From NCBI GenBank assembly GCA_964439765.1, contig CAYTOG010000002.1:1-50936 (forward strand): a stretch of 50,936 nt of DNA, written 5' to 3'. Of the stretch, positions 1 to 8,999 are shown one piece after another (positions within the stretch are counted from its first letter, which is position 1; each line of letters begins with the position of its first letter). The translations under genes and the position numbers were made by a program. The stretch comes from an uncultured Methanosarcinales archaeon (GTDB taxonomy: Archaea > Nanobdellota > Nanobdellia > Woesearchaeales > GW2011-AR9). The notes under the pieces were generated by a model. It was not told the origin of the DNA, made no database searches, and was given only the letters and a program-made list of their open reading frames with translations.

Positions 1-92
1 AAAAGATTGTCATAATGCACTACAACAAGACCTTCTAATATAGTAAATTGTGCTGGCATAAAGGGCTGAAAAATGGCCTCTATTTATATATT

Positions 93-881
93 TTATATGT
101 TTGGGAAGGTTTCCTTAAATATCTCCACAGCTTGTTCTTCTGTTTTAACTACAGAAATCCCTGCATCAAGATATGCAACTTTACAACCTCTGCTCTCAAA
201 GATATACCTGAGTTTTTCACTCTCATACAAGGGTTTAATCTTTCCTTGAAATTTGGCAGTTTCAAATTCACAATTATCTTTCTTCTCACGTGCACCAAGA
301 CGTTCCATTAATTCTTCAACATTACTTATTGTTGGAATGATAAGAAGATTTGGTGCATTATTAAGTGCAAAATCGTTTCCTTCAATTTTAAGAACAGTTT
401 TCATTGGTAGAGCAGGTTCATGTGGCAAAAGCTCTTGCATTGGTTGATATACAATAGAAGTTGAAACTGATCTAGATTGAATAATATGTTTACCATTTTT
501 TAATGCCGGTAAAATTACACGTTTGTAAAATGTCATTCTGTCAGCTGCAAACATTCTTGCAGTCATGTGTGCAGAATATTGTCTTTTGTTATCTGCTGTG
601 ATTTCTCTTCTAATCATTCTACCTATTCCTGCTCTAGTTGGTTCTGAAGTTACAAGAACATCAAATGAATCAAGATCAACATAGAATGGATTTTTTTCTC
701 CACCTTCCATTTTATGCATAAACTCTGGGTGGATGTGATGTTTATTCCAATAATCATGTAAATCTAAAATACGTAATTTTTTCTTTTTAATGTAATTAAT
801 TATTGCAGCTTGAACTGTACCTTTGCCAATACCATCAAGTCCATCTATTACTGTGAATGTTCCTGAATATTTTTGTTCCAT
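93..881 (-). CDS. tmk: thymidylate (dTMP) kinase-like nucleotide kinase
   Basis: 262-aa ORF. P-loop-like IDGLDGIGKGT, SEPTRAGIG and FAADR segments follow the Tmk pattern (EGxDGxGKST / TREPGGT / ADR). Lies in a thymidylate/folate cluster. Confidence 0.65.
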   Translation of the reverse strand: MEQKYSGTFTVIDGLDGIGKGTVQAAIINYIKKKKLRILDLHDYWNKHHIHPEFMHKMEGGEKNPFYVDLDSFDVLVTSEPTRAGIGRMIRREITADNKRQYSAHMTARMFAADRMTFYKRVILPALKNGKHIIQSRSVSTSIVYQPMQELLPHEPALPMKTVLKIEGNDFALNNAPNLLIIPTISNVEELMERLGAREKKDNCEFETAKFQGKIKPLYESEKLRYIFESRGCKVAYLDAGISVVKTEEQAVEIFKETFPNI

Positions 882-1075
882 TTTTTTTTGTCCTCTTTAT
901 TGTTAAATATTTTATCTAAATTATTCACACTGGTCAGGCCGGGCTACTTTTTTCCTACTCACTTTGATTTTGTGCAACTGTGTGCAACAAAATGTTCGTA
1001 GGAGGTTGATACATTTTTTTCTTCAGTCCGGCAAGTGGACCTACGCGCAAATAATTTTAATTGTGTTGTTTTTAG

Positions 1076-2473
1076 TTACACATCAAGGGGGAATTGTTTA
1101 CAAAGTTCTCTTACTGCCCCTTGAATTGTTTGAATCTTTATGTCTGCTTGCACTGCAGTGTTGAATTCTTTTAATTTCATATCTTTATACTGGCTTGATG
1201 CTAACATTACTTGATTAATCCACTCTGCGATCTGTGTAATCTCTTCTTCTTTCATTCCACGCATTGTAATCCATGGGGTTCCAAGACGTAAACCAGATGG
1301 ACTTAATGGAGAACGTGTCTCTTGCGGAATAGTGTTATAATTTCCAACAATACCTGCGTGATCAAGTGCTTTTGCAAACTTTTTTCCAATTAGTGGCTTG
1401 TTTCTGAGGTCAATTAGTACCAAATGTTTGTCAGTTCCACCACTTACAATTTTAAATCCATATTTTGAAAGTTCTTTGCATAAATGCTGTGCATTCTTTA
1501 CTGTTTGCACAGCGTATTCTTTGAATTCATTAGTTTGTGTTTCTTCTAATCCCACACAAATTCCTGCGATTTGATGATTGAATGGTCCACCCAAAAGACC
1601 TGGAAGCACTGCTTTGTTGATTTTTTTAATTATGTCTTCATGAGCTAGAATTAATGCTCCACGACCACTTTTTAGCGTCTTGTGCGTTGTCATAGTCACA
1701 ACATCAGCAATCCCAACTGGGCTTTTCATTGCACCTGCTGCAATTAAACCTGCTTCATGTGCTATATCAGCTAGATAGTAAGCTCCAACTTTTTGTGCGA
1801 TTTGTTTCATGCGTTTGTAATCTATTTCTCTTGGATACGCAGTACCACCAGTAATAATGAGTTTTGGCTTTTGCAGAGTTGCAATTCTCTCAATTTCATC
1901 ATAATCAAACATTTGTGTTTTTGGATCAGTTTTGTAAGAAATAGTATTGAATATTTTACTGGAAATGTTTACTTTTTGTTTCCCACCATAATACACTGTT
2001 TTATTTGGATCCGCTGGTTGTTTTGGTGTATAACTCCACCCATGTGAGAGGTGACCACCATCTGGAAGATACATCCCCATGATATAATCTCCAATATTTA
2101 GAAGAGCAAGGTAGACAGCTAGATTTGCAGTGGAACCTGAAAGAGTTTGCACATTTACAGACCAATTCTCTGGAAGATTGAACGCTTTTTTTGCTCTCTC
2201 TATTGTCAATTGTTCAATTGCATCAATATATTGGTTTCCTTCATAATACCTTTTATTGATATTCCCTTCGGCATATTTATGTGCTAAAACACTTCCCACG
2301 GCTTCTCTTACGGATTTACTGAAAAAATTTTCAGATGGGATCATTGATAATTTTGTTTGTTGACGCTCTGTTTCATTTTGGATAAGTTTGAATACTTCTG
2401 AATCTTGTATTTCTAATGGAGATTTCTTTATTTGATCATTTAGGTCTTGTTCTTTAGTTTCTGTTTGCATCAT
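1076..2473 (-). CDS. glyA: serine hydroxymethyltransferase
   Basis: SMIPSENF, AHKYAEG..RYYEG and the PLP-lysine motif TTHKTLKSGRG. Start trimmed from the ORF-track 2515 to the ATGATG at 2473/2470, which follows GGAGA and clears the upstream stop at 2487. Confidence 0.9.
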   Translation of the reverse strand: MMQTETKEQDLNDQIKKSPLEIQDSEVFKLIQNETERQQTKLSMIPSENFFSKSVREAVGSVLAHKYAEGNINKRYYEGNQYIDAIEQLTIERAKKAFNLPENWSVNVQTLSGSTANLAVYLALLNIGDYIMGMYLPDGGHLSHGWSYTPKQPADPNKTVYYGGKQKVNISSKIFNTISYKTDPKTQMFDYDEIERIATLQKPKLIITGGTAYPREIDYKRMKQIAQKVGAYYLADIAHEAGLIAAGAMKSPVGIADVVTMTTHKTLKSGRGALILAHEDIIKKINKAVLPGLLGGPFNHQIAGICVGLEETQTNEFKEYAVQTVKNAQHLCKELSKYGFKIVSGGTDKHLVLIDLRNKPLIGKKFAKALDHAGIVGNYNTIPQETRSPLSPSGLRLGTPWITMRGMKEEEITQIAEWINQVMLASSQYKDMKLKEFNTAVQADIKIQTIQGAVRELCKQFPLDV

Positions 2474-2486
2474 ATTTCTCCTAATC

Positions 2487-4253
2487 TTAAAATGTGACTT
2501 TACTTGTGTCCCCACCTAACTTCTCTAGTTTTTCAACAGTTTTTTCTTCTTGTTTTTTTCTCCCTTCATCACCATCCGACATATCTACTCTCATAAATTT
2601 ACTTAATGTTGGAAGATGTTCTTTTGTTAATTTGAACATACGTTGAGCGATATCACGATAAGACCAATGTCCAGCAGAAGTTGATCTAAGTTCTGTTACA
2701 TACGCTAATTGTTTTGGATCCATTTGCCAAATGAATTGTTGCTTATGCACAAACATAACGATATATGGCGCTAGGTGAGGATATTTTTCTTTTATTTTTT
2801 GAAATAATTCTTCTGTTCTTTTTGCACAAAATTCAATAGTTTCTTTTACTTTCATTAATCCTTCTTCCTCTTCAACAAACTCAGGATACTCAAATCCTAA
2901 TTCTGTTGTTAATGGTGCTGTTAGTAGAAGATTACGTCTGTGCCTTTTTAGATCACGATATCCACCATAGTCCATTGTAACTTCAAAAAGAATGTTCCCA
3001 AGTTCTGTTGCAATTGGAAATGCATCAAATTTATTTCTATCCATTAAATATGCTGTAATAATCGGCTCAACAATTAATGGCATTTGTTTACAAATTGAGA
3101 GGTATTCAGCGAAGCTATGAGCTTCTTTGTTATGTTCAAAAAGTATCGCTGCTGCAATTTTTTCTTCAGTATCACAATCTATTGAAATTAATTTAACTGC
3201 ATCTTCATCTCTTGAATTAACTCTTGTTTTCTTTGTAAGATTTATCTTTTCAATAAGAGTACTCATTCTTGCATTTCTTTTTTGTTGAAATTCATTCACA
3301 TTAACATGATTAAGTAACCCTGGAGAAATTTTTCTTCCCTCTTCTAAAAGTGCATAACCAATTACTCTAATCTCTTCTTTTTCATCAGATATTAATCTTG
3401 AGATATGACGTTCAGCTTCTCTTGTTGGCCATACAACTCCAAGCGATGTTAGTATTGTACTTGGAAGAAAGTATCTTACAATATCGAATGTCTTTGCGTT
3501 AACTGTTCTATTAAATGCAGCTTCTGATTTGAATGTGCTTTTGTCTAATTTTTTTGCAATAAATTCAGATACATCTTTTTTTGATTTTTCATACGAATCT
3601 ATTAGTAAGTTATTCCACTTTCTAATTTCTCCTTCAAATTCTTTTAGATCAGTTGGAACAACTAAATGATCACGACTAAATGGAACATATCTTGTTGATT
3701 TTTCTTGATACGCACCAAGTCTTGCTTCTTCAATTGGACATGTTGCTAGTTGTGTTACATTTTCAATTGCGAATCTTAAGACATCTGAATCTTTAAGAGA
3801 ATCATGACCATACTGAACTGCCCACTTACGCATGAATCTCTCTGCTTTTTGAAGGAAATATCTTAGGTTGAGTGAGTCACCATTTCGAATTTTATCTGCG
3901 AAATCTCGAAGGCTAATACTTTCATCACTGTGAATTTTTCCTTTTTGAAGATCTTTTTTCATATCTTCGAAAATTTGAAGAAAACGCATACGCATACTTT
4001 CTTGTGCTCTTGAATATCCACCTTCAAGCAAAGCCCAAAGAGTGTTAGGCATCGCATCTGTTGCAGCATAAATATTCTGGTCTATATTTGTAAAGAAATG
4101 AAGAAGTACTGTTCTTTCGTCTTCTGTGAATTCTCTTTGTTCAAGAGTTGGCCCAAAAGTTTTGGTTGTAATTAGGTTTTTTTCTTCAGGCATGCTTCTT
4201 ATTGAATTTGAAGGTTTTTGAGAAAATTCCTCTTGATTTACATACTCATCCAT
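2487..4253 (-). CDS. long ThyX-like (FAD-dependent thymidylate synthase family) protein
   Basis: 588 aa. Has KRHRR, ELRSTSAGHWSYRDIAQ (like the ThyX LR..AQxEIR segment) and an N-terminal YSRAQESMRMR resembling the SxxxSxRY half of the ThyX signature. Lies between glyA and folC. About twice the size of canonical ThyX. Confidence 0.5.
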   Translation of the reverse strand: MDEYVNQEEFSQKPSNSIRSMPEEKNLITTKTFGPTLEQREFTEDERTVLLHFFTNIDQNIYAATDAMPNTLWALLEGGYSRAQESMRMRFLQIFEDMKKDLQKGKIHSDESISLRDFADKIRNGDSLNLRYFLQKAERFMRKWAVQYGHDSLKDSDVLRFAIENVTQLATCPIEEARLGAYQEKSTRYVPFSRDHLVVPTDLKEFEGEIRKWNNLLIDSYEKSKKDVSEFIAKKLDKSTFKSEAAFNRTVNAKTFDIVRYFLPSTILTSLGVVWPTREAERHISRLISDEKEEIRVIGYALLEEGRKISPGLLNHVNVNEFQQKRNARMSTLIEKINLTKKTRVNSRDEDAVKLISIDCDTEEKIAAAILFEHNKEAHSFAEYLSICKQMPLIVEPIITAYLMDRNKFDAFPIATELGNILFEVTMDYGGYRDLKRHRRNLLLTAPLTTELGFEYPEFVEEEEGLMKVKETIEFCAKRTEELFQKIKEKYPHLAPYIVMFVHKQQFIWQMDPKQLAYVTELRSTSAGHWSYRDIAQRMFKLTKEHLPTLSKFMRVDMSDGDEGRKKQEEKTVEKLEKLGGDTSKVTF

Positions 4254-4361
4254 TTAATTACCACCCAAGATATTTTGGGAGGTTTAAGGTTTATATTGAT
4301 TGTTGTTGTTGAGTTTAATATAGTGAAATGTTTAAATACAATCTTAAAAAATACCTTTGTT

Positions 4362-4679
4362 ATGGGAGGATTAACAGGTTCTCAAGAAAAAATTATTAGT
4401 ACTTTGGTAGATATAGTTGCTGAATTTCCAGACATAGGAATTGCTGGGGCCTTAGGTTTATTTAATTATGTTTGGATTACAAATCACTCTGTCGGTACTT
4501 CAAGCTTTTCACCTGATTCAGGGTATTCCCTTGCAGCAGATAGACTTTTACATGATCTTGAGGTGTTAGGTTTAGGTGGTGATAATAGCTATGCGCATAA
4601 TCATCCAAGAATGCCTGCAAGAAATTACCTAGATCTTATCCCAGAAGAGTCTTTACCTCCCAATCATTTGTATCAATGA
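4362..4679 (+). CDS. hypothetical protein (105 aa)
   Basis: ORF-track call 4218..4679 trimmed to the internal ATG at 4362, because the upstream part overlaps the ThyX-like start and looks non-coding. No recognisable motifs. Confidence 0.3.
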   Translation: MGGLTGSQEKIISTLVDIVAEFPDIGIAGALGLFNYVWITNHSVGTSSFSPDSGYSLAADRLLHDLEVLGLGGDNSYAHNHPRMPARNYLDLIPEESLPPNHLYQ

Positions 4680-4735
4680 ATAATTTGTGTTACTAGCCTA
4701 TATTCTTTTATAAAAGTCTTATTTTTCGAGTAATT

Positions 4736-6061
4736 ATGGTAAATTCTCTTGTATCGGACTTTGATCCCGTTGAATACCTCTTTAATCTACAGCATTTTGG
4801 GATAAAATTAGGTATTGATAGAATGGAGAAGTTTTGTGAACTTCTTGGTCATCCAGAAAAGAAGTTCAAAATAATTCATGTAGCAGGAACCAACGGCAAA
4901 GGCTCTGTTTGTTCAATGCTCGCATCTATTTTGCAAGCAGCTGGCTATAAAGTTGGATTGTATACTTCGCCACATTTAGAAGCATTTAATGAGAGAATCA
5001 AAATTAATGGTGAAGAAATTTCGGATAATGAATTGAAGCGTTTGACACTTGAAATTAAAAATACAGTTGCTGACTCTGAAACAACATTCTTTGAATTTAC
5101 AACAGCAGTTGCGTTTTCATATTTTGCAGAGCAAAAAGTCGATTATGTTATTTTGGAAGTTGGACTTGGTGGTAGACTTGATGCAACAAATGTAGTTACA
5201 CCAATTGTATCTGTTATTACTTCAATTGATTTTGATCATACAAAAATTCTTGGTGAGACACTTGAAGAAATTGCTCTTGAAAAAGCTGGAATTATCAAAG
5301 AAAATGTTCCTGTTGTTTGTGGTGAAAATAATTCTGATCTGCAAGAATTGTTTCGAAATGTTTGTTTGGAGAATAATTCAGAGTTGTTTTTTGTTGATAA
5401 GGAATATAAACTAATTGATAGTACTTTATCAGGTCAGTGTTTTTTGACTGGTGGAAATGAGTATAATTTATCTTTACTTGGTGAACATCAAATAGAAAAT
5501 GCTCTTACTACAATTAAAACTGTTGAAATTCTTAAAAAACAAGGAGTTCAAATTTCAATTGAAGCTGTAAAGCAAGGTCTTAAATTAGTTAAGTGGGATG
5601 GACGCTTACAAGTCTATTCACAAAAACCACTAATTATTTTTGATGGAGCTCATAATCCATCTGGAATTAAAGCGTTGGATCAGTTTTTAGCAAGTCACAA
5701 TGATGAGTTGTTTTTGCATTTAGGAAAAAACCGTAAATCAGTTTGTATAATTGGAATTTCCTCAGGGAAAGATGTAGGATGGATGTTAAAAAAACTCTCT
5801 TCATATTTTAATCATATTATTATTACACAAGCTTCTCATCGAGGAATTCCAAAAGAAGAATTATTTGCAATTGCTAAACCATTGTTCTCTCAAGTTGAAG
5901 TTTGTGAATTTGATAAGGCAGTTCTTCTTGCACGCAAAATAGTTGGACATGATGGTTTTATTCTTGTTACTGGAAGTTTATACCTTGTTGGAGATATTTT
6001 GAAAACAATTCGAGGAACAGTTGATTCATTAAAACTTACAGGGGCGATTCGTAATGTATAA
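4736..6061 (+). CDS. folC: folylpolyglutamate synthase / dihydrofolate synthase
   Basis: HVAGTNGKGSV P-loop, YTSPHL, GLGGRLDATN and a Mur-ligase-like layout. Confidence 0.85.
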   Translation: MVNSLVSDFDPVEYLFNLQHFGIKLGIDRMEKFCELLGHPEKKFKIIHVAGTNGKGSVCSMLASILQAAGYKVGLYTSPHLEAFNERIKINGEEISDNELKRLTLEIKNTVADSETTFFEFTTAVAFSYFAEQKVDYVILEVGLGGRLDATNVVTPIVSVITSIDFDHTKILGETLEEIALEKAGIIKENVPVVCGENNSDLQELFRNVCLENNSELFFVDKEYKLIDSTLSGQCFLTGGNEYNLSLLGEHQIENALTTIKTVEILKKQGVQISIEAVKQGLKLVKWDGRLQVYSQKPLIIFDGAHNPSGIKALDQFLASHNDELFLHLGKNRKSVCIIGISSGKDVGWMLKKLSSYFNHIIITQASHRGIPKEELFAIAKPLFSQVEVCEFDKAVLLARKIVGHDGFILVTGSLYLVGDILKTIRGTVDSLKLTGAIRNV

Positions 6062-6605
6062 AGAAAGTCAAGTTATTCTTATTGCAGCATATGCTGCCAA
6101 TAGACTCTTTGCAACACATGAAGGGATTCCATGGAAAAATGATCCTGATTGCTGTGAACTTGTTAGAGATGATATTAGACATTTACGTGAAAAAATCAAA
6201 TGGCGATCTGTTATTATGGGTCGTAAAACCTATGAAGAAATTAGTGCTGTGCCTGGGGATCCTATTCTTACTAAATGGAATTCGCAAATTGTTGTTATGA
6301 GTCGTGATCCAATGTTTGAAACAAAACACAAATGCGCAGCAAAGGTTAGTTCTTTAGAAGAAGCGTTAGAAAGATGCAGTTTTCTTCCAATTTGTATACT
6401 TGGTGGTCTTGAAGTGTATCAAGAGAGTTTAAGGTATGACTGGTTAGTTGATAGAATGGAACTTACAGTCATCGATAAAGACTTTGGAAGTGATGGACTT
6501 TGTTTCCCACCATTTAGCCAAAATGATTGGAACCTTGTTAATAATGAAGCTCGTAGAACAAGTTCTGGAGTTAATTATTCTTTTGTGAGTTATGAGAGAA
6601 GGTGA
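6054..6605 (+). CDS. folA: dihydrofolate reductase
   Basis: 183 aa with IPW, VIMGRKTYEEI and ILGG..VY segments typical of DHFR. Its start overlaps the folC stop by 8 nt (ATGTATAA). Confidence 0.8.
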   Translation: MYKESQVILIAAYAANRLFATHEGIPWKNDPDCCELVRDDIRHLREKIKWRSVIMGRKTYEEISAVPGDPILTKWNSQIVVMSRDPMFETKHKCAAKVSSLEEALERCSFLPICILGGLEVYQESLRYDWLVDRMELTVIDKDFGSDGLCFPPFSQNDWNLVNNEARRTSSGVNYSFVSYERR

Positions 6606-6625
6606 TTTAAGGTTTTGCCTAAATT

Positions 6626-7426
6626 ATGGATAGAAAAATGACACTACCAGAAAAAATAGTGGATGTCGCATTCTTACTTCCAGTTATTGGATCAACTATT
6701 TGGCTTGGACAAAGAAATACAGAGCCAAAAAAAGGAATGTATGGAGCTATTGGTGGAAAGACTGATCAACAACAAGGATTAGTTTCTCCTTTTGAAGTTA
6801 GACAATGGAAAAGACATTTAGGTGGAGCTATTCTTCCAAAAGTAGCAGATAGATATGCTGAAGCTCAAGGATTAGAATATATTGGTGGAACAGCATGTCG
6901 TGAGTTTTGTGAAGAAGCATTTTCAGCACAAGTAGATTATCCTGGTAAAGCGCAAAAATTTGATCCAGGCCGATTAGTATATCCACGAGATTTTAATCCT
7001 GGTGATATCACAGACATACTTGATTTAGGATTTTTTTATGATTATAATGATCAAAAACCTGGGGTTCGTTTTGATTGTCATGTTTATTTAGGACGGGTTC
7101 ATCGAACAGATTTTCGTTTAAGCCCAAGAGAACTTAGTGATATCAAACCACTTCATGAAATAGATCCAAAGTTAATTTGGCCAGGAACGCAAATGGCATT
7201 GGAACATATTCGAAGAGTCTGGGCACCAGATGGAATGATGGGTTCTGTTGCTGAGGGGCTTGGTCCAAATGTTCCGGAAGATGATATTAGTCAATCAGAA
7301 AGATGTGCTTTTACATATCATTACTTAAGAATTGTTGAACAAATTAAACCACAAAATATAACAGAGTATAGATTTACAAATATGTTTGGTGCTTTACAAT
7401 ATTTTCTTGAAACTGGACTGGAATGA
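6626..7426 (+). CDS. Nudix-family hydrolase with extended loop
   Basis: Intact Nudix helix E-x7-REFCEE (EYIGGTACREFCEEAF), preceded by WLGQR....GMYGAIGGK. A long insertion sits between the GGK and the helix. Confidence 0.5.
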   Translation: MDRKMTLPEKIVDVAFLLPVIGSTIWLGQRNTEPKKGMYGAIGGKTDQQQGLVSPFEVRQWKRHLGGAILPKVADRYAEAQGLEYIGGTACREFCEEAFSAQVDYPGKAQKFDPGRLVYPRDFNPGDITDILDLGFFYDYNDQKPGVRFDCHVYLGRVHRTDFRLSPRELSDIKPLHEIDPKLIWPGTQMALEHIRRVWAPDGMMGSVAEGLGPNVPEDDISQSERCAFTYHYLRIVEQIKPQNITEYRFTNMFGALQYFLETGLE

Positions 7427-7609
7427 TCAATTGATTTCTAAAATTATTCTCTTTTTAGTGGGACTAAACAAAGTGAATGTCGCACGCACTATCAAACATA
7501 AGGAAATGAAGCATTTCCTGTGTACTGAAAATCAAAATGATTTTCATGTATGCTGCTGCATTTGGTCATAAACTATATAAAGGCTTAAGTTTTCTTTTAA
7601 ACAGGTGAT

Positions 7610-8896
7610 TTGATGGTTGGATTAACTAAACGAATGGTTCTATTATTATCAGTTTTATCAATTATTATTGTTATTTTGTCTTCTTCAGTTTTAGCAGTTG
7701 CAACTTCAGCTGACTTTCAACTTATACTAGAAGAACAAAATCCAGATCCCGTTGAACCAGGAGAAGTTGTAACCATAGAACTTAAAGTTCAAAATGATGG
7801 AACAGCAACAACTGATGATGTTATCATTACAGTTGATCCACAATATCCTTTAACAATTTATGAATCCGAAGATCAAGAAAATATTGGAGCTATGGAAAAC
7901 GGTGAAGTTGTCAGTTCTATTGAATTTAGTTTTTTAGTTGATGATTCTGCAGCACAAGGTGACGCTAGCATAGATGTATATGTTACAATGGAAGGTTCTG
8001 ATGCTTCAAGCAAAGAAACTTTCACAATTGATGTTGAAACAAGGGATGCAGTTCTTGATATCACCAACGTTGAATTATCTCCAGAACAAATTGCCCCAGG
8101 TGAAGAATTTGATCTGTTAATTACACTTACAAACGAAGCAGATAGTCTTTTACAAAGTATTTATGCAACTATAAACACCAGTGATGGTCAACCTGTTGTT
8201 GCATATTTATCTTCTTCTGAGAAAGTTATTAGTTCTCTTTCAAGTGGAGAAGCTATTACATTACATTATAAATTACTTGTAGACCCATCTTTTGAACACG
8301 GTTTATATCGTGTGCCATTTGAATTATCATATGAAGATCGTAGTGGAAATAGTTATACTAGTATTGAATACCTTTCTTTGTTTGTAACGGATACTACACA
8401 AATTGATCTACAGGTTAGAAGTTCTGCTCTTTACAAGGGGGATAAAACTGGAAAAGTAGTCTTTGAACTTGCAAACGTTGGTCAAGGTGAACTTAAAGCA
8501 GTACAATTAGAAGTCATGGATGGAGAAGATTACTCTGTTCTTTCTACACAATCAAGGTATTATATTGGAAACGTTGATAGTGATGACACTGAAACTGAAG
8601 AGATGATCATTTCAGTTAATTCTCGCAAGGACTATGTTGATGTACTTGTTCGTTTAAATTATTTAGATGCACTTAATACAGAGTATACAGAAGATTTTAC
8701 TTTATCTGTTCCAATTTACTCTCATTCTGAAGCTGTTGAAATTGGAATTGCAGAGGCAAGATCATATACTGGTCTTATAATCTTGTTATTGTTGATTATT
8801 GGTGGCGTGTATTGGTACCGTAAGAAAACAGGCAAAGGAAGTCTTTGGAAAGATCTTAAGAAGTTAAAAATGAAATATCTCAAGAAGAAAAAATAG
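7610..8896 (+). CDS. secreted, C-terminally anchored CARDB/COG1361-like surface protein
   Basis: N-terminal signal/TM segment. Several repeats of the CARDB-like pattern (PGE..x.I.L.V.N.G). C-terminal TM helix followed by a basic tail. Directly upstream of the ABC transporter genes. Confidence 0.55.
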   Translation: MMVGLTKRMVLLLSVLSIIIVILSSSVLAVATSADFQLILEEQNPDPVEPGEVVTIELKVQNDGTATTDDVIITVDPQYPLTIYESEDQENIGAMENGEVVSSIEFSFLVDDSAAQGDASIDVYVTMEGSDASSKETFTIDVETRDAVLDITNVELSPEQIAPGEEFDLLITLTNEADSLLQSIYATINTSDGQPVVAYLSSSEKVISSLSSGEAITLHYKLLVDPSFEHGLYRVPFELSYEDRSGNSYTSIEYLSLFVTDTTQIDLQVRSSALYKGDKTGKVVFELANVGQGELKAVQLEVMDGEDYSVLSTQSRYYIGNVDSDDTETEEMIISVNSRKDYVDVLVRLNYLDALNTEYTEDFTLSVPIYSHSEAVEIGIAEARSYTGLIILLLLIIGGVYWYRKKTGKGSLWKDLKKLKMKYLKKKK

Positions 8897-8999
8897 AAAG
8901 AATCAATAATAATTATTTTGCTTTTTTTATTTATTCACATTAATTATTTATGTTAATTTATATTTGGAGGGCGTGTGGTAGCGTTAAGAGGGAAGAATA

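Noticed and set aside
48-447. Plus-strand ORFs 48..311 and 253..447, opposite the tmk gene. Similar antisense ORFs lie inside glyA, folC, pgi, tal, zwf and the racemase gene.
   Set aside because: These are shadow ORFs within confidently assigned genes on the other strand, which is typical of AT-rich sequence.
4218-4361. N-terminal extensions of several ORF-track calls (4218, 2515, 26346, 38189, 39698).
   Set aside because: Each extension overlaps the neighbouring gene, and an internal ATG with better spacing or an SD-like sequence exists. The starts were trimmed as given in the feature list.
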